Assembly: GCF_036588685.1 (NCBI RefSeq)
Contig: NC_086380.1
Span: forward strand, 10,912,001 to 10,976,000
From: Mytilus trossulus
Taxonomy: Eukaryota
Direction: 5' to 3'
Length of the DNA: 64,000 nucleotides
This document shows, piece by piece, positions 38,426-52,639 of the stretch. The position numbers were made by a program, and so were the translations under genes. The notes beneath the pieces are model-generated. The model searched no databases and was not told where the DNA came from. It saw nothing but the letters and a program-made list of their open reading frames with translations. The first letter of the stretch is position 1; each line of letters starts with the position of its first letter.

Positions 38426-38579
38426 TCTCCGTTTAATATATTGGTGATGATTATAATGAATACAGCAGCTGTTTTGTATTGTTTGATTGCGGTGACGACT
38501 GCCTCCTCTGATTCATATCTTTTATCAGATAATGTTGATGTCGCGTGTCTCCCGTAAATCATATCTTTTATCAGATAAA
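38426..38579 (+). other. Candidate exon, copy 2 (ORF 38447-38557)
   Basis: Same splice signals and 36-codon ORF as 29091-29246, with two amino-acid changes. Confidence 0.4.
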
Positions 38580-41500
38580 GTAAGTTGCGTGATATTTGTC
38601 AGTATTTCTTATTGGAATTTTAAACAAGTCAAGTCAAGGAATACATTGGAAACCTTCCATGACACAATAAGGCTTAATACATAATCTGTTCACATCATAC
38701 AGCCAGTATTTTAAAGGATATTTTCTTTATGGAATTAATGCATAATATTTAAAAGAAAGAATCAAAAATGTATAGACATTTTGCAAAAGAATACTTTGTT
38801 TATCACAACACACATGAAGTTTACCATGGGAACTTTTTGTACTCCCATGGCAATTTCTATTGAAAATGAACTCTTAAGCAGCTGTAGTTACCACAGTGAC
38901 ATTGTGTTCTTTTAATAATTTACCATTGTCCAAAAATATTTTGTTATAAGTCAGTTTTGCCAATTCTGGTATAGCAAATATGGACCGCCTAGTATTTAAA
39001 TTTGTCACATAGTCCTACTAAACTATTGCCGGCCGGCCAAATTAAGAGTTAACTATGTGACCATTAAACCAGAGGTAGAGGTGGGCATTGCCTCTAAAAT
39101 AGCCTTTCAACCCTATGCCCTATACCCTTACAAATTTGTCAGCATAGGGTAGGGGATGGGGGTACCAAGGTATATCACAAAGTCATAATGAACCATTTTA
39201 GTTATTGCCGGCTGACCAATCTAAGAGATTCTCTACGTGGGTCATAACACCAGAGGTAGAGCTATGCATGTCCTTTAAAATATAACATAACATTTATGTT
39301 CGAGATCCGCACGAGTTTGCTGGCAGTAAGTGTGGGGTACCAAATATTTCATATAATTCAACTTTTGCTATTGCTGGCAAAACTAAGAGATTTTGCATGT
39401 TGGCCATTATGGGGGTAGAGGTAGCAGTGGCCTCTATAATTGCCAAGAGTGCGTTTGTCCAAATTTACCATAATAGGGTGTCGGACTGGGGTATCACAAA
39501 GTCAAAATTAACTATTGAAGTTGTCCAAACTAAGAGGTTCTCCATGTCGATCATATTGCCGATGTAATGTAGAAATGGCCTTAAAAAATTGACGATGGCA
39601 CTCTTGCGAGTTATCAGAATGAGGCGGGAGGAGGGTACACCTGTATATTATAAACCAACTTATTTTCGCAGATACTTTATTTCGCGTTCAGCCATTTCTA
39701 ACTCTATTCACGGCGATTTCATTTTGCGATTCTTGAATTAACTGAATATGATAAAATAAAAAAGTTTTACATATTCGCAACGATTTATCTTCGTGTTATT
39801 TTTCTACTCGCGCAGTGGCAAAAATAAAATTGCTTCAGAACAAGATGTAGACATGGCCTCTAAAAGGGTTATCACTTATGCCTTAGACCAGTAAGAGTTT
39901 GTCAATGTAGAGTGTGGGGTTGGATACACCCCGGTAAGTCAAACTTATCTGTTGCCGGATGAATAAACTAAGAGATTATCCACGTAGATCATTATACCAG
40001 GGGTAGAGGTTGATATGGCTTATAAAATGGTCTAGAGCACTTATGCAAAAGATCCTTCTGTAAGCATAGGGTTGGGGTGGGGTATACCAAAGGTAAGTCA
40101 AAAATAATTATTGCTGGCTGGATAAACTACTTTTAGTATGAGATTCTCCACATTAGCCATTATACGTAGAGATAGAGGTAGGCATCGCCTCTTAAATTGT
40201 TTACAACACGTATGCTCTGGGCTCTTACTAGTTTGCTGGTTTTTTTTGGACGGAGGGTATCCAGTATGTCACAAAGTCTAACTTTAATATTGCCGGCTTT
40301 CTAAGCTAAGTGATTTTCTTCACGTGTGCCAAAACATATCAGCAGTATAATTCATATAAAACTGAGTTTTCGTAAAATATAAAAATATACCACGGCTATC
40401 GAGTTATTGTGCCACCTTATTAGTCCCAAAAAATAATATTATTTCTTGTTTATAGCTTCTGTGTCTAATACTATCGTTCCCTTTTATCATTTATCCGAAA
40501 TGTTGTTTACAACTGGAACGGTGAACCATGACGGTTAAAATTCACTGAGGTTGGTATAAGGTTATTTTCGTGCAAAGTGATCGCCGTTTTTTATTTCACG
40601 TTTCACGTGTATTTACTATTCTATTTGACGTTCATTCGTGCAAGACAGATGGCTCGTTCAACGTGTTCTCATTATTTGAGTTTACGTGCATCGTGATTTT
40701 TGAATGCCTATTTTGAGTACTCGGTATTTTTCAAATAAAATTCAAACACTTGGCAGGGATCGTCAAAAAATACTTTTTTAAAAGCCGCAAATCATTTACA
40801 TCATACATGTGTATACTAAATCGGGAATATCAAGTAAAACAGAGAGTTTATATACACAAAAAGACAGGCACTCAGCCACAAAAGGTTAACATCAAAGTCA
40901 TTAATTTTCGTGCAACGTTCATAACAGAAATTATTTCACCTTCAGGGCGAAAGCCTGTCTTATTTTACGTTTTTCCGTTCAAGCACCTTCCCCCTTTTTC
41001 AACCCTTTTTAATGAGTAAAGATCAAAAGATTAGAATTACAAAATGCTAATCTATTATTTACCTTAAATTTGATCACACATTCAACATCCACTAGGTGTC
41101 ACAGTACAATACACATTATATTTACTTCTTTATAAGTTGGAAATGTTTGCTAGACTGAAGTATAAGGACAGAATACAAGCGTGCATGTTTTAATACACTA
41201 TCAACTTGTGATCATGTCAGTTATATATTTTTGTTTGAAGTATTTGTCGGAAAAAAACTAAAAAAGTCATAAATATGTCCTATTGTATGAATTTCTTTCA
41301 TTACTATAATCATATCAGAAGTCCTTAACACACAAATCCTTCAATTTAAATCTAAAAGTTGCACGGCTATCACTTTACTTTCTCAATTAGTTTTTGAATT
41401 AATTTAATAAATTGTAGCCGTTACCAATGGGGTCTTATCGAGGGTTTCCGATCCTGGATCGCGCATAATGTTTTGTCAGATTCCCGTATTCCGCTTACAC

Positions 41501-43770
41501 TTTGTACATAAGCAATTATCATTTTCTTGGTTATTTCCCGGGTCCCCTATACCTCATTTCTTGTTTTCACGACACAATGATTTGACTTTCACGTGTCAAG
41601 CTTACAAACAATCGGCAATATCACGTCACGCTTAGACCCCAATGAGATCCACTACCAAGCGGAAAACGAGATTTATTTTTAATTCTATTTTTAGTAAATA
41701 AATGATTTCACATTTTAGAAAGCAAACTGAAGTTAAATATGAAAGTTTTGATGAAATTTGACTTGACAATTATTTGCTGGTTAATAGCTACACCAAAAGT
41801 CGTCGATGCGCTTAAAATCGCCTTATTTATAGATGGTTTAATTTATAAATATGACCATATCAATGATAATTCATGTCAGCACAGAAGTGTGACTACTGGG
41901 CTGGTAATATCCTCGGGGAATCAAAACTCCACCAGCAGTGGCATCGACCCAATGATGGAAAAAACTCATACATTTTCTAAATGTTACCAGAAAAGATGTT
42001 CTAAACATGCTAAAGGAACGAACCTCCTAGGCGATTTCAGACATTAAAATTGATATTTTTTTTAATTTGTTCTTTTTAAATGTTTAATTATCTTTTTTGA
42101 ATTCTTCATTTGTTAGATATATACTAGTCAACAAGAAACGATACGCGACTTTGGAATAACATTTCGCAAAAAGTATGAAATAAAAACCGAAATGAAATGC
42201 ACTTTTTTGAAAAGCTCATTTGCAATGTATGCACATATGATAATGAAACCAAAACCTGTCGGGAAGTTACTAAATTCCATGTAAACTTTACTTTTGCGGA
42301 TAGTTGGACACACAATTTTTCAAGTACTAAATAAATATTCAAATTTGTTGAAAATATTAAATATGCTTATCGAGTTATGTTCATGTGTAACTTAAGGGTT
42401 GAAATATTGTTTTTTTTAAATTTTTTTTGGTTAAAAATATTTTTTGAAATCTCCAAAAATGCAAAAAATTTAAAAAAAAACTGTTTTCGCCTTAAATCAT
42501 TGCCGAAGATACGAAAACAACACACTGTAAGTTTGAAACCTTTCAGATAAGTTTTAAGAATGGGACCAGTTTTTTTTTTATTTCACTTAATACCTACCCT
42601 CTATGGTAAATCATTTAATGAATGGCTATTATTTATTTTGATTGTATTGAAACATAAAACTAATTTTTGACTCTTCACATTGAATAATCCGCGAAGCGGA
42701 TTATGTAAAATATGATGTCAAAAATTAGTTTTATGGTTCAATAAAATCAAAATAAATCATTGCCATTCATTATAAATAAATTTCTATCAAAAATAAGGCT
42801 CAAAGAACTTTTTATATTATTTATATTAACAATAACAAGCGTACACACTTGTTGGCGTATGAATACTCAACGTCAGAGTGGGAGTGTCGCCATCAAAATT
42901 GACAACATTGAAAATAAAACTAATAATTTTAACCAATCAGAAGACAGTAAAAACACCAAATTTATTTATTTGATAATGTATACATTTTAACGATATCTCG
43001 TTGGGCCGAACTTTGCTTTACAAATAAACGAAGAAACGCTTTAATCTTGAAAAAAAGAATTGACGGCAAACATTGTCTTTATCTTAAATTAAGAGGTTGG
43101 AATCATTAGTTGAAACTTGTTTTTAAAATTGTCGTTTTATGTAAATTTTGTAAAAAAATAGAATTTCGCCAAATGACAGCAAAAAATATCATTTAAGGTG
43201 GATCCCTACAGATATAGCAATGTTTTATTCACCATTGAAATTTCTAAAAATTTGCATATATATATACTATGCACTGGCCTCAATAAAAATTTGAGTTGAA
43301 AATAGTATGTCACCAGACTCCTTTCCATGGTAACGGTCACCAAAGTTGGAACATCACGTGTATGCATAAATACATACTTGATGTGGAAACTCTGTTTTTT
43401 TTTAGCCTTTGAAAGTATTTTGAATGGCCTGTCCTTCATTTCTTACAAAATTATTTTGTAAAATGTAAATAAAACACAAATAATGGCATTTTCATTCATG
43501 TTTATTAATTTAGGCTCCAATTTCAATGCCACCTTCAATATTGGTCCTATAAACGGAAAACTGCATCTTAAATTTGATTTTGTTGACTAGTATACATAAA
43601 AGTACTGGTACCTTATCCCTGCTTCGTAAACATTAGTATATAAATGTATATTCTTCAGATTAAAGTGTTGTTGAATGATAAGTTTCTGCATTTTTATTTT
43701 ATTACTACAAAAGACTCAATCCTTAAGAAATGTTTTTTTTTATATTTGGAAATTTGTAAACCTGACTTAA

Positions 43771-44356
43771 GGTGGTATGGGTGTCTTTCGCCATCTTGAA
43801 TTGTAAAAAACAGAGAATCTAAGGTCCATATTTTCTATCAAGTTAGCAAAATATGATGCAGGAATGCAGAAATTTAATTTGAATTTGAATTTAAAAGAAC
43901 TAATTTATAAGAATATAATATTAATATTTTTACAATTGTAGATTAATTTTGGTTGTTTTTGAATATTTTCAAATTGGCATTGTAAGGGGAGGTAACTCTA
44001 TAACAGTGCATTTTCTGAAGGACTCTACATGAAATTTTCCTATTTTGTCTTTTAGCCAGAAAAAACGTACGGTGACCCTACCTTTTCTTTTGATATTCTC
44101 AAAGCATTGTCTGAAAGCAATCTTTTCCTAATTTATTTTACAATTCTATCATTTTTTTTAGTTTCTATTCACAAAATGGTGTTTTTTCCTGGATAATCCA
44201 TACAAAATTTGTCAAATTGTCACACAACCTGTAGCTTGAGAAAATGCACGGTGACCTATCATTTTTATAATATTTTTGATCATGTATTAACAGATACTAC
44301 ATTTTGACAAGGTATGAACAAATTCTATCATTTTTATTTTAGACTCCCATACCACC
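43771..44356. mobile_element. Kolobok-like MITE, paralogue of 34830-35421
   Basis: Same TIRs; TTAA at 43767-43770 and 44357-44360. Confidence 0.85.
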
Positions 44357-45171
44357 TTAAGGAGTATAACCAGTTCTACCTTTTCTTAATGTGTTATTTT
44401 ACAGTTTTATTTGAGGCAATTTTTACAAGAAATCCCCCTAATACTTTAGCATCAAATCAAGTTCATTTGCTTTTTTTTGTAATGTTCGTTAGTGTAAGAC
44501 AATGTTTTGACGATGCCAATTTACAATTTTTTTACATGATATATATTAATATATTGATACTTTGACTTCTACCTATATGAAATTAGCATTTGGTGTTTAC
44601 CAATTGTCTGTCTCGATAGGATGTATATAAAGGCCTAGTATGTGATCTATTTTTCTCTGTTCATTATCATAAATAAAATACTAGCAATGATCTTTCTGTA
44701 TAATCACTTCAGTACCTTTACTTTTTCTTAACATGCTTATTTTGTCAAATAAATATTTACAATCTATGACATTTATGCGTCTGTGTCAAACTTTGTCCAA
44801 CTAACATAATATTTGTGTTTCCTCACTTATTAAGATGAACAAACAATATCTACTTACTTACTTTATTTCTGTGTCTGTGTTGAAATCGATGCCAATTAAA
44901 TTTTGTACAATTGTATCATTATAAGTTGTTTAACACCAGTCCAGTAAATTTTTAACATCCACTCTAATTAGACATTTAAAAAAAACTAGATAGAAAACAC
45001 CTATGCTTAGGTTGACATGTAACCTTTTGATAAAGAGATGCAATAACAACAAATATTTAAACTAATAATAACATACAACGGGTATTTGTTAAATTCTATA
45101 TACTGTATTTACATATACTAAATTGTAATTGGCTCAATGCTTTGCTTCAAAATAACCCTCTTTTGTCATAG

Positions 45172-45325
45172 AATCCGTTTAATATGTTGGTGATGATTAT
45201 AATGAATACAGCAGCTATTTTGTATTGTTTGATTGCGGTGACGACTGCCTCCTCTGATTCATATCTTTTATCAGATAATGTTGATGTCGCGTGTCTCCTG
45301 TAAATCATATCTTTTATCAGATAAA
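45172..45325 (+). other. Candidate exon, copy 3 (ORF 45193-45303)
   Basis: Near-identical to copy 1, although the downstream flank is visibly more diverged. Confidence 0.4.
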
Positions 45326-47129
45326 GTAAGTTGCGTGATATTTGTCAGTATTTCTTATTGGAATTTTAAACAAGTCAAGTCAAAGAAAATATTTGAAATC
45401 CTTCCATGAAACAATAATGCCTTACATATAATCTGGTCTCCTCGTAAAGCCAGCATTTTTAAAAAAAAATATTTTCTTGATGGAACTAATAAATAATTAT
45501 TAAAAGAAAGAGTAAAAATGTACAGACACGCGAGCTTTAAATTTTCCAATGGGAAATGTTTGTACTCTCATTGCAATTTCTATGGAAAATTAACAGTTAA
45601 TCAGCTGTAGATACCACAGTGACATTTGTTTTTATCAATAATCCATCAATTTCCCAAATATATTTTGTTATTTTGTGAAACAGTTTTGCCGATTCTGGTA
45701 ATCATAGGGTTGCGGAGTAGGGGTCCCATTATATCAAAACGTCAAACTTAATTATTTGAACGAACTTAGAGATTCTCCATATAGGCCATTATAGCAGAGG
45801 CAAAAGTTTGCATGACTTCTAAAATAGCATAAAGCATTTAGGCCTGAGACCCGTACACATTTGTCAGAATAGGTTGTCGGATTGTTGTATCCTGGTATAT
45901 CACACATTCAAAATTTACTATTGCAAGCTGTTGAAACGAAGAGGGTCTCCAAGTGGGTCATTTTGCCAGAGGAAGAAGTTGACATGGCCTCTCATATGGC
46001 CGATAGCACTCATGTCGTAGACCCTTACGAGTTGTCAGAATAAGGAGAGGAGGCGGGTACTCCGGTATATCACAAAGTTTAGATTTATTATTGTCAGCTG
46101 GACAAAGTAAGTAATTTTCCATGTGGCCATAACAACAGATTTAGATGTAGTCATGGCCTCTAAAATGGTCTGTATCAGTTTCGCCTTATACCAGAAAGAA
46201 TTGGTTGTGGCAGGGGAGTTACAAGGAGATATTACAACGTCAAAACCAACTTTTACCGGCTGGCCAAACTAAGAAATTCTCAACGTAGACCATTATGCCA
46301 GGGGTAGAGGTTGACATGGCCTCTATAATGGTCTACATCACTTATGCCAGGGAGCCGTACGAGTTAGTCAGCATAGGGTTGGGGAGGGGGATAACCCGGT
46401 TTATCATGAAGTCAAAAATAATTACCTATTATGTCACAAAGTCAAACTATAACGATGTAGGCTGTCTAAATAGAGGAAGTGATGGGTCAATATTCCTTGT
46501 ATGCCTGAAATTCTGGCATGTGTGAATGTGTAAAACTATGGAGTTAACTAAATTTTCAAAAAAAAATTTATGTGGAAAAAGGGATTTTATTACCCCGAGG
46601 AGACGCTTATTAACGGAAAATGAATATTACTTCGTCCCCAGGAATTTTAACCAAATATGTGAAAATGTTAAACCTTGGAAACGAGCCATCATACATATCC
46701 ATGTTTACGATATGACTAAAGAAATCTGGTAAAAAAGCTACCATTACCGCCTGCATGTGCCCATTTTATAAGCTTTATTTTAGAGGTTGTCATACTGATT
46801 TTTGCATGACTGCATCTTCTACAACAGGAACAATGTGAAAGGGAAAGTAGTTCTCTTTTATAGATACCTAGTTATCACAGCTGGTTCTAGATTAATATTA
46901 TTTGTGAAGATCAGCAATAACTTTCGCTTTTCAAATGTATTACTGGCATACGGCTGGATCACTTCTAATAGGCGCAACCAGAACGTTTGTATAGATCAGA
47001 GGCTGAAAGGCGCATGTCATAGCTTTTTATGGATTAATTCAACATTGTTTAATTGTAATTTAACATGACACACTAAAGACATTGTTATACTACAATGATT
47101 CATGTCTACCCATGCTATAGGGATGTTAC

Positions 47130-47690
47130 AGAGTTGATGGTTCTTTTGCAAAGAACAAACAACTTGAGGATACAAGATACTAATAAAGATGTAATAATAA
47201 TTACAGAATAGAGGAGAGAAAAATTAATATACCCGATATATCACAGGAATTTGACAATGTTGTTCAAGGTATTGGATTTTAGAGAAAATTATTAATGGCA
47301 ATAAATTAAAGGTGAAATTTAATATGAAACAAGAAATTGGTGCAGTTCCTCAGAAACCAAGACCCGTGACTTGAAGAAGGAGGTAAAGCAGATATATTTG
47401 TGGAAGGTCCACTAGGAACAAATGTAAAATGATGCTCAAGTAGGCTCAATGTTGGTTGTTATACCGAAACCCGAATTCATTAAACTACAGCAAGATAAAC
47501 TAGAATCGCACAGGATTAGAGCCTGCGTTGACTTTAGAAAACCAAAAAGGTTTATGGATTAGAACTAAATAACACCAGTCTCAGTTGTTAAAGAATATAT
47601 ACAGGTTTAACAACTGCAGAGTATTTTTTAAGATGAACTTAAGACACGGATATCACAAACTTATGTTAAACCTATAAGCAATATCTACTA
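47130..47690 (+). mobile_element. Highly degraded Gypsy-type pol fragment (start of RT); duplicated at 48970-49530
   Basis: Remnants IRACVDFR and VFFKMNLRHGYHKL; DNA similarity to ~59490-59705. Confidence 0.6.
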
Positions 47691-48091
47691 TCAAACGGGA
47701 AAACAAACAGTCTAATGGATATTTAGGTATTTTATCTTTTTACTAAAAGAGACTCATTCCTGCAGAAATATATAAATCTTAATATTTATAAATTTCTCAA
47801 CCTGACTTAAGGGGTATATCCAGTTCTACTTTTTCTAAATGTGTTATTTTACTGTTTTATTTTAGGAATTTTTTACAAGAAATCCCCTAACTACTGTAGC
47901 ATCAAAGCATGTTCATATGTTATTTTGTTGTAATGTTCGTGTGTGGAAGACGATGTATTGACAATGCCAATTCACAAATTTACTTTATATGAGATTTTTT
48001 AATATAAATTCATTTACAATTGATATTTTGACCTCAACTTATATAAAATAAGGATTAGGTGTTTAACAATTGTCTGTCACAATAAGATGTA

Positions 48092-48558
48092 TATCATTGA
48101 TATTGTTACATTTATAAATTAACTGTTTATTTTGAATTTTTTGAAATACTAAGGCTGTTCTACCTCAGACATAGTTTACCTTAGTTCTATTTGGCAACAC
48201 TTTTAGGAATTTAGGATCTCAATGCTCTTCAACTTCGTACCTAATATGGCTTTTTTTAAAACTTTTTTGGATTCGAGCGTCACTGATGAGTCTTTTGTAG
48301 ACGAAACGCGCGTCTGGCGTATATATAAAAATAAATCCTGGTATCTATGATGAGTTTATTAACCACTGGGTCTATGCTACTGCTGGTGGAGATTTATTTC
48401 CCCGAGGGTATCACAAGCCCAGTAGTCAGCACTTTTTGTGCTGACATGAATTATCATTGATATTGTTATATTCATAAATTAACTGTTACAATTTTTTGAT
48501 TTTTGGAATACTAAGGCGTTTATATAAGATTAAGGCCTGGTATCTATGATGAGTTTAT
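48092..48558 (+). mobile_element. Hammerhead repeat, subfamily 2 (~360-nt unit plus partial second unit); duplicated at 49932-50398
   Basis: tatcattgatattgtta recurs at 48092 and 48452. Inserted into the gatgtatataaaggcc motif that is uninterrupted in the other module copies. Confidence 0.85.
48277..48320 (+). ncRNA. Minimal type I hammerhead ribozyme (intact core)
   Basis: gcgtca-CTGATGA-gtct tttgt agac-GAAA-cgcgcg-TC-tggcgt. Confidence 0.9.
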
Positions 48559-50116
48559 ATACAGGCCTTGTCTGTGATCTGAATTTCTTTGTTAATTACC
48601 ATAAAAAAAATACTTGAAATGGTCTGTCTTTTTCATCACTTCAGTACCTTTACTTTTACTAAAATGCTGAATTTGTCAAATGCACATTTGCAGTCTATGA
48701 CATTTATGCATCAGTATCCAATTTTTTTCAACTGACATTATTTGTGAAGATCAGCAATAACTTTCGCTTTTCAAATGTATTACTGGCATACGGCTGGATC
48801 ACTTCTAATAGGCGCAACCAGAACGTTTGTATAGATCAGAGGCTGAAAGGCGCATGTCATAGCTTTTTATGGATTAATTCAACATTGTTTAATTGTAATT
48901 TAACATGACACACTAAAGACATTGTTATACTACAATGATTCATGTCTACCCATGCTATAGGGATGTTACAGAGTTGATGGTTCTTTTGCAAAGAACAAAC
49001 AACTTGAGGATACAAGATACTAATAAAGATGTAATAATAATTACAGAATAGAGGAGAGAAAAATTAATATACCCGATATATCACAGGAATTTGACAATGT
49101 TGTTCAAGGTATTGGATTTTAGAGAAAATTATTAATGGCAATAAATTAAAGGTGAAATTTAATATGAAACAAGAAATTGGTGCAGTTCCTCAGAAACCAA
49201 GACCCGTGACTTGAAGAAGGAGGTAAAGCAGATATATTTGTGGAAGGTCCACTAGGAACAAATGTAAAATGATGCTCAAGTAGGCTCAATGTTGGTTGTT
49301 ATACCGAAACCCGAATTCATTAAACTACAGCAAGATAAACTAGAATCGCACAGGATTAGAGCCTGCGTTGACTTTAGAAAACCAAAAAGGTTTATGGATT
49401 AGAACTAAATAACACCAGTCTCAGTTGTTAAAGAATATATACAGGTTTAACAACTGCAGAGTATTTTTTAAGATGAACTTAAGACACGGATATCACAAAC
49501 TTATGTTAAACCTATAAGCAATATCTACTATCAAACGGGAAAACAAACAGTCTAATGGATATTTAGGTATTTTATCTTTTTACTAAAAGAGACTCATTCC
49601 TGCAGAAATATATAAATCTTAATATTTATAAATTTCTCAACCTGACTTAAGGGGTATATCCAGTTCTACTTTTTCTAAATGTGTTATTTTACTGTTTTAT
49701 TTTAGGAATTTTTTACAAGAAATCCCCTAACTACTGTAGCATCAAAGCATGTTCATATGTTATTTTGTTGTAATGTTCGTGTGTGGAAGACGATGTATTG
49801 ACAATGCCAATTCACAAATTTACTTTATATGAGATTTTTTAATATAAATTCATTTACAATTGATATTTTGACCTCAACTTATATAAAATAAGGATTAGGT
49901 GTTTAACAATTGTCTGTCACAATAAGATGTATATCATTGATATTGTTACATTTATAAATTAACTGTTTATTTTGAATTTTTTGAAATACTAAGGCTGTTC
50001 TACCTCAGACATAGTTTACCTTAGTTCTATTTGGCAACACTTTTAGGAATTTAGGATCTCAATGCTCTTCAACTTCGTACCTAATATGGCTTTTTTTAAA
50101 ACTTTTTTGGATTCGA

Positions 50117-50160
50117 GCGTCACTGATGAGTCTTTTGTAGACGAAACGCGCGTCTGGCGT
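50117..50160 (+). ncRNA. Minimal type I hammerhead ribozyme (intact core), duplicate of 48277-48320
   Basis: Identical sequence 1840 bp downstream. Confidence 0.9.
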
Positions 50161-50833
50161 ATATATAAAAATAAATCCTGGTATCTATGATGAGTTTATT
50201 AACCACTGGGTCTATGCTACTGCTGGTGGAGATTTATTTCCCCGAGGGTATCACAAGCCCAGTAGTCAGCACTTTTTGTGCTGACATGAATTATCATTGA
50301 TATTGTTATATTCATAAATTAACTGTTACAATTTTTTGATTTTTGGAATACTAAGGCGTTTATATAAGATTAAGGCCTGGTATCTATGATGAGTTTATAT
50401 ACAGGCCTTGTCTGTGATCTGAATTTCTTTGTTAATTACCATAAAAAAAATACTTGAAATGGTCTGTCTTTTTCATCACTTCAGTACCTTTACTTTTACT
50501 AAAATGCTGAATTTGTCAAATGCACATTTGCAGTCTATGACATTTATGCATCAGTATCCAATTTTTTTCAACTGACATTCAGTATATCACTTATAAAGAT
50601 AATACAACAATCTCTTCTTACTTACTTTATTTCTGTGTTTGTGTTGAATTCGATGCCAAGTAAATTCCGTACAATTTAAATCAAATATTGTTCACTTCAA
50701 CTAATCATATTATACAATGGATATTTGTTAATTCTTTAAACTGTATTTACATTTACGGGATTATGACAGTTCTTGTCCATTCGTTTTTGATGTGTTTTGT
50801 ATTTTAATTTTGCCATGTCATTATGGACTTTCC

Positions 50834-51220
50834 GAGGACCCAAAATTCCAAAATTCCAAAAAGTTGTGCCAAATACGGCTAAGGTAATCTACTCCTGGGG
50901 TAAGAAAATCCTTAGTTTTTCGAAAAAATCAAAGTTTTGTAAACAGAAAATTTATAAAAATGACCATATAATTGATATTCATGTCAACACCGAAGTGCTG
51001 ACTACTGGGCTGGTGATACCCTCGGGGACGAAACGTCCATCAGCAGTGGCATCGACCCAGTGGTGTAAATAGTTATCAAAAGTACCAGGATTATAATTTC
51101 ATACGCCAGACGCGCGTTTCGTCTACATAAGACTCATAAGTGACGCTCAGATCAAAATAGTTCAAAAAGCCAAATAAATACAAAGTTTAAGAGCATTGAG
51201 GACCCAAAATTCCAAAAAGT
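50834..51220 (-). mobile_element. Hammerhead repeat, subfamily 1, slightly more than one unit; ribozyme (51103-51146) has CUUAUGA instead of CUGAUGA
   Basis: gaggacccaaaattcca at 50834 and 51198; circularly permuted reverse complement of 34081-34439. Confidence 0.85.
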
Positions 51221-52639
51221 ATCCAAATGATATTAGATTTATAGACACTTCTACCAACTCTAACTCAAAATATTGACAATTCTGTGTTAGGGGGGTCTAA
51301 AATTCAGTTTCACAGCTTCAGACGTAACAATAAAATGGACCAAATCACTACTTAGCATGAAGATTCAGTACCAAAATTTTTTCACATGTATTAATATCCC
51401 CCTCCCTAAAATTTCATGCATCAAATATCAAGAAATAAATTGGAAAAGTGTGTCAAATAAAAACTGAAAATTATACACTGTTATACACAAGGGACAACGA
51501 TAACTGTTTCCTTGGACCGAATGATACTTTTCAGTATTTTTTTAGAAGAATTTTAAACAAGCCGAGTCAAAGAATATATTTGAAATCCTTCCATGACACA
51601 ATAATGCCTTATATATAATCTGTTTTCATCATAAAGCCAGTATTTTTAAGTTTTTTTTTCTTTATGGAACTAATGAATAATACTTAAACGAAAGAGTCAA
51701 AATGTACAGACATATTGCAAAAGAATATTTTTTTCATCACAACAAACACGAACTTTGAATTTTCCCATGGGAGCTTCTTGTATTCTAATGGCAATTTCTA
51801 CGGGAAATGAACTCATTGTTATCTGTAGTTACCACAGTGACATTTTATTTAATAAATTGCCACTCATAATTTTAAACACCCTCTTTCCCTTCCTTTATAA
51901 TATTTGTGTTATGCATGTGTATATTTATGGAAAGAGTATCTACCATAGATTTGATTTCCAATATTAATAATGGTGAAGTATAAGCTCTTTTTTGTGTAAC
52001 CATGACAACAATCTGCATTTATTTGATACACAATATTGCAAAAAGGGGATGAACATGTCACAACAGTCAAAATATTTGATCCAAAGGAAAATTTTAATCA
52101 ATTGTAACACCTTTCCTGAAACCACATACATATATCTATCAAGAGGTAGAAAAAAACATATGCATTTTTGCTCGTTTTTTTATAAAACTGTATTAAAAAG
52201 ACTTGGCGTCAAATCTTTGTTTCAAAACACTACAATAATTTCTAAACATATGGGCGGTACTAAAAGCAACATACGGACTGTCAAAGAGAAAACTATGTCT
52301 ATAAAACATGCTTAAAACAATCTAAATGTTCAAATAAACCCACTAGGAAGCTATATTATTTTTCAACTATCAAAAAATCAAGTTTATTGTACAAAAACGT
52401 TCATATCTAAAAAAAAAAAATCAAAATGCGAAAATGAACTTCTAACTGTGTATTGCTACATGTCAGTGGTTGAGAATGACATGACCTCTTAAGGTTAAAA
52501 AAAAAACAGTAAATGAGCTATGTCTCAGATTTTGCTAAAATTTTACATGCAACCTTGGCTACAACTGAAAATCGAAAAAATAATGCATGTGTCATCAGTC
52601 CCATATTTGACTATTTTATTTACTTTGTTAGCGCTATAG

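Larger units (their letters stand above)
37704..44726 (+). repeat. Segmental duplication copy 2 (~7.0 kb)
   Basis: Colinear with 28390-35792; begins exactly at the 5' end of the L1/Tx1 element. Confidence 0.95.
46897..50579 (+). repeat. Tandem duplication, period 1840 bp (46897-48739 / 48737-50579)
   Basis: No differences found by eye; 3-bp ATT microhomology at the junction. Confidence 0.95.

Noticed and set aside
50797-51072. Similar short ORFs at 23723, 34257 and 50797
   Set aside because: Chance translations of the non-coding hammerhead repeat.
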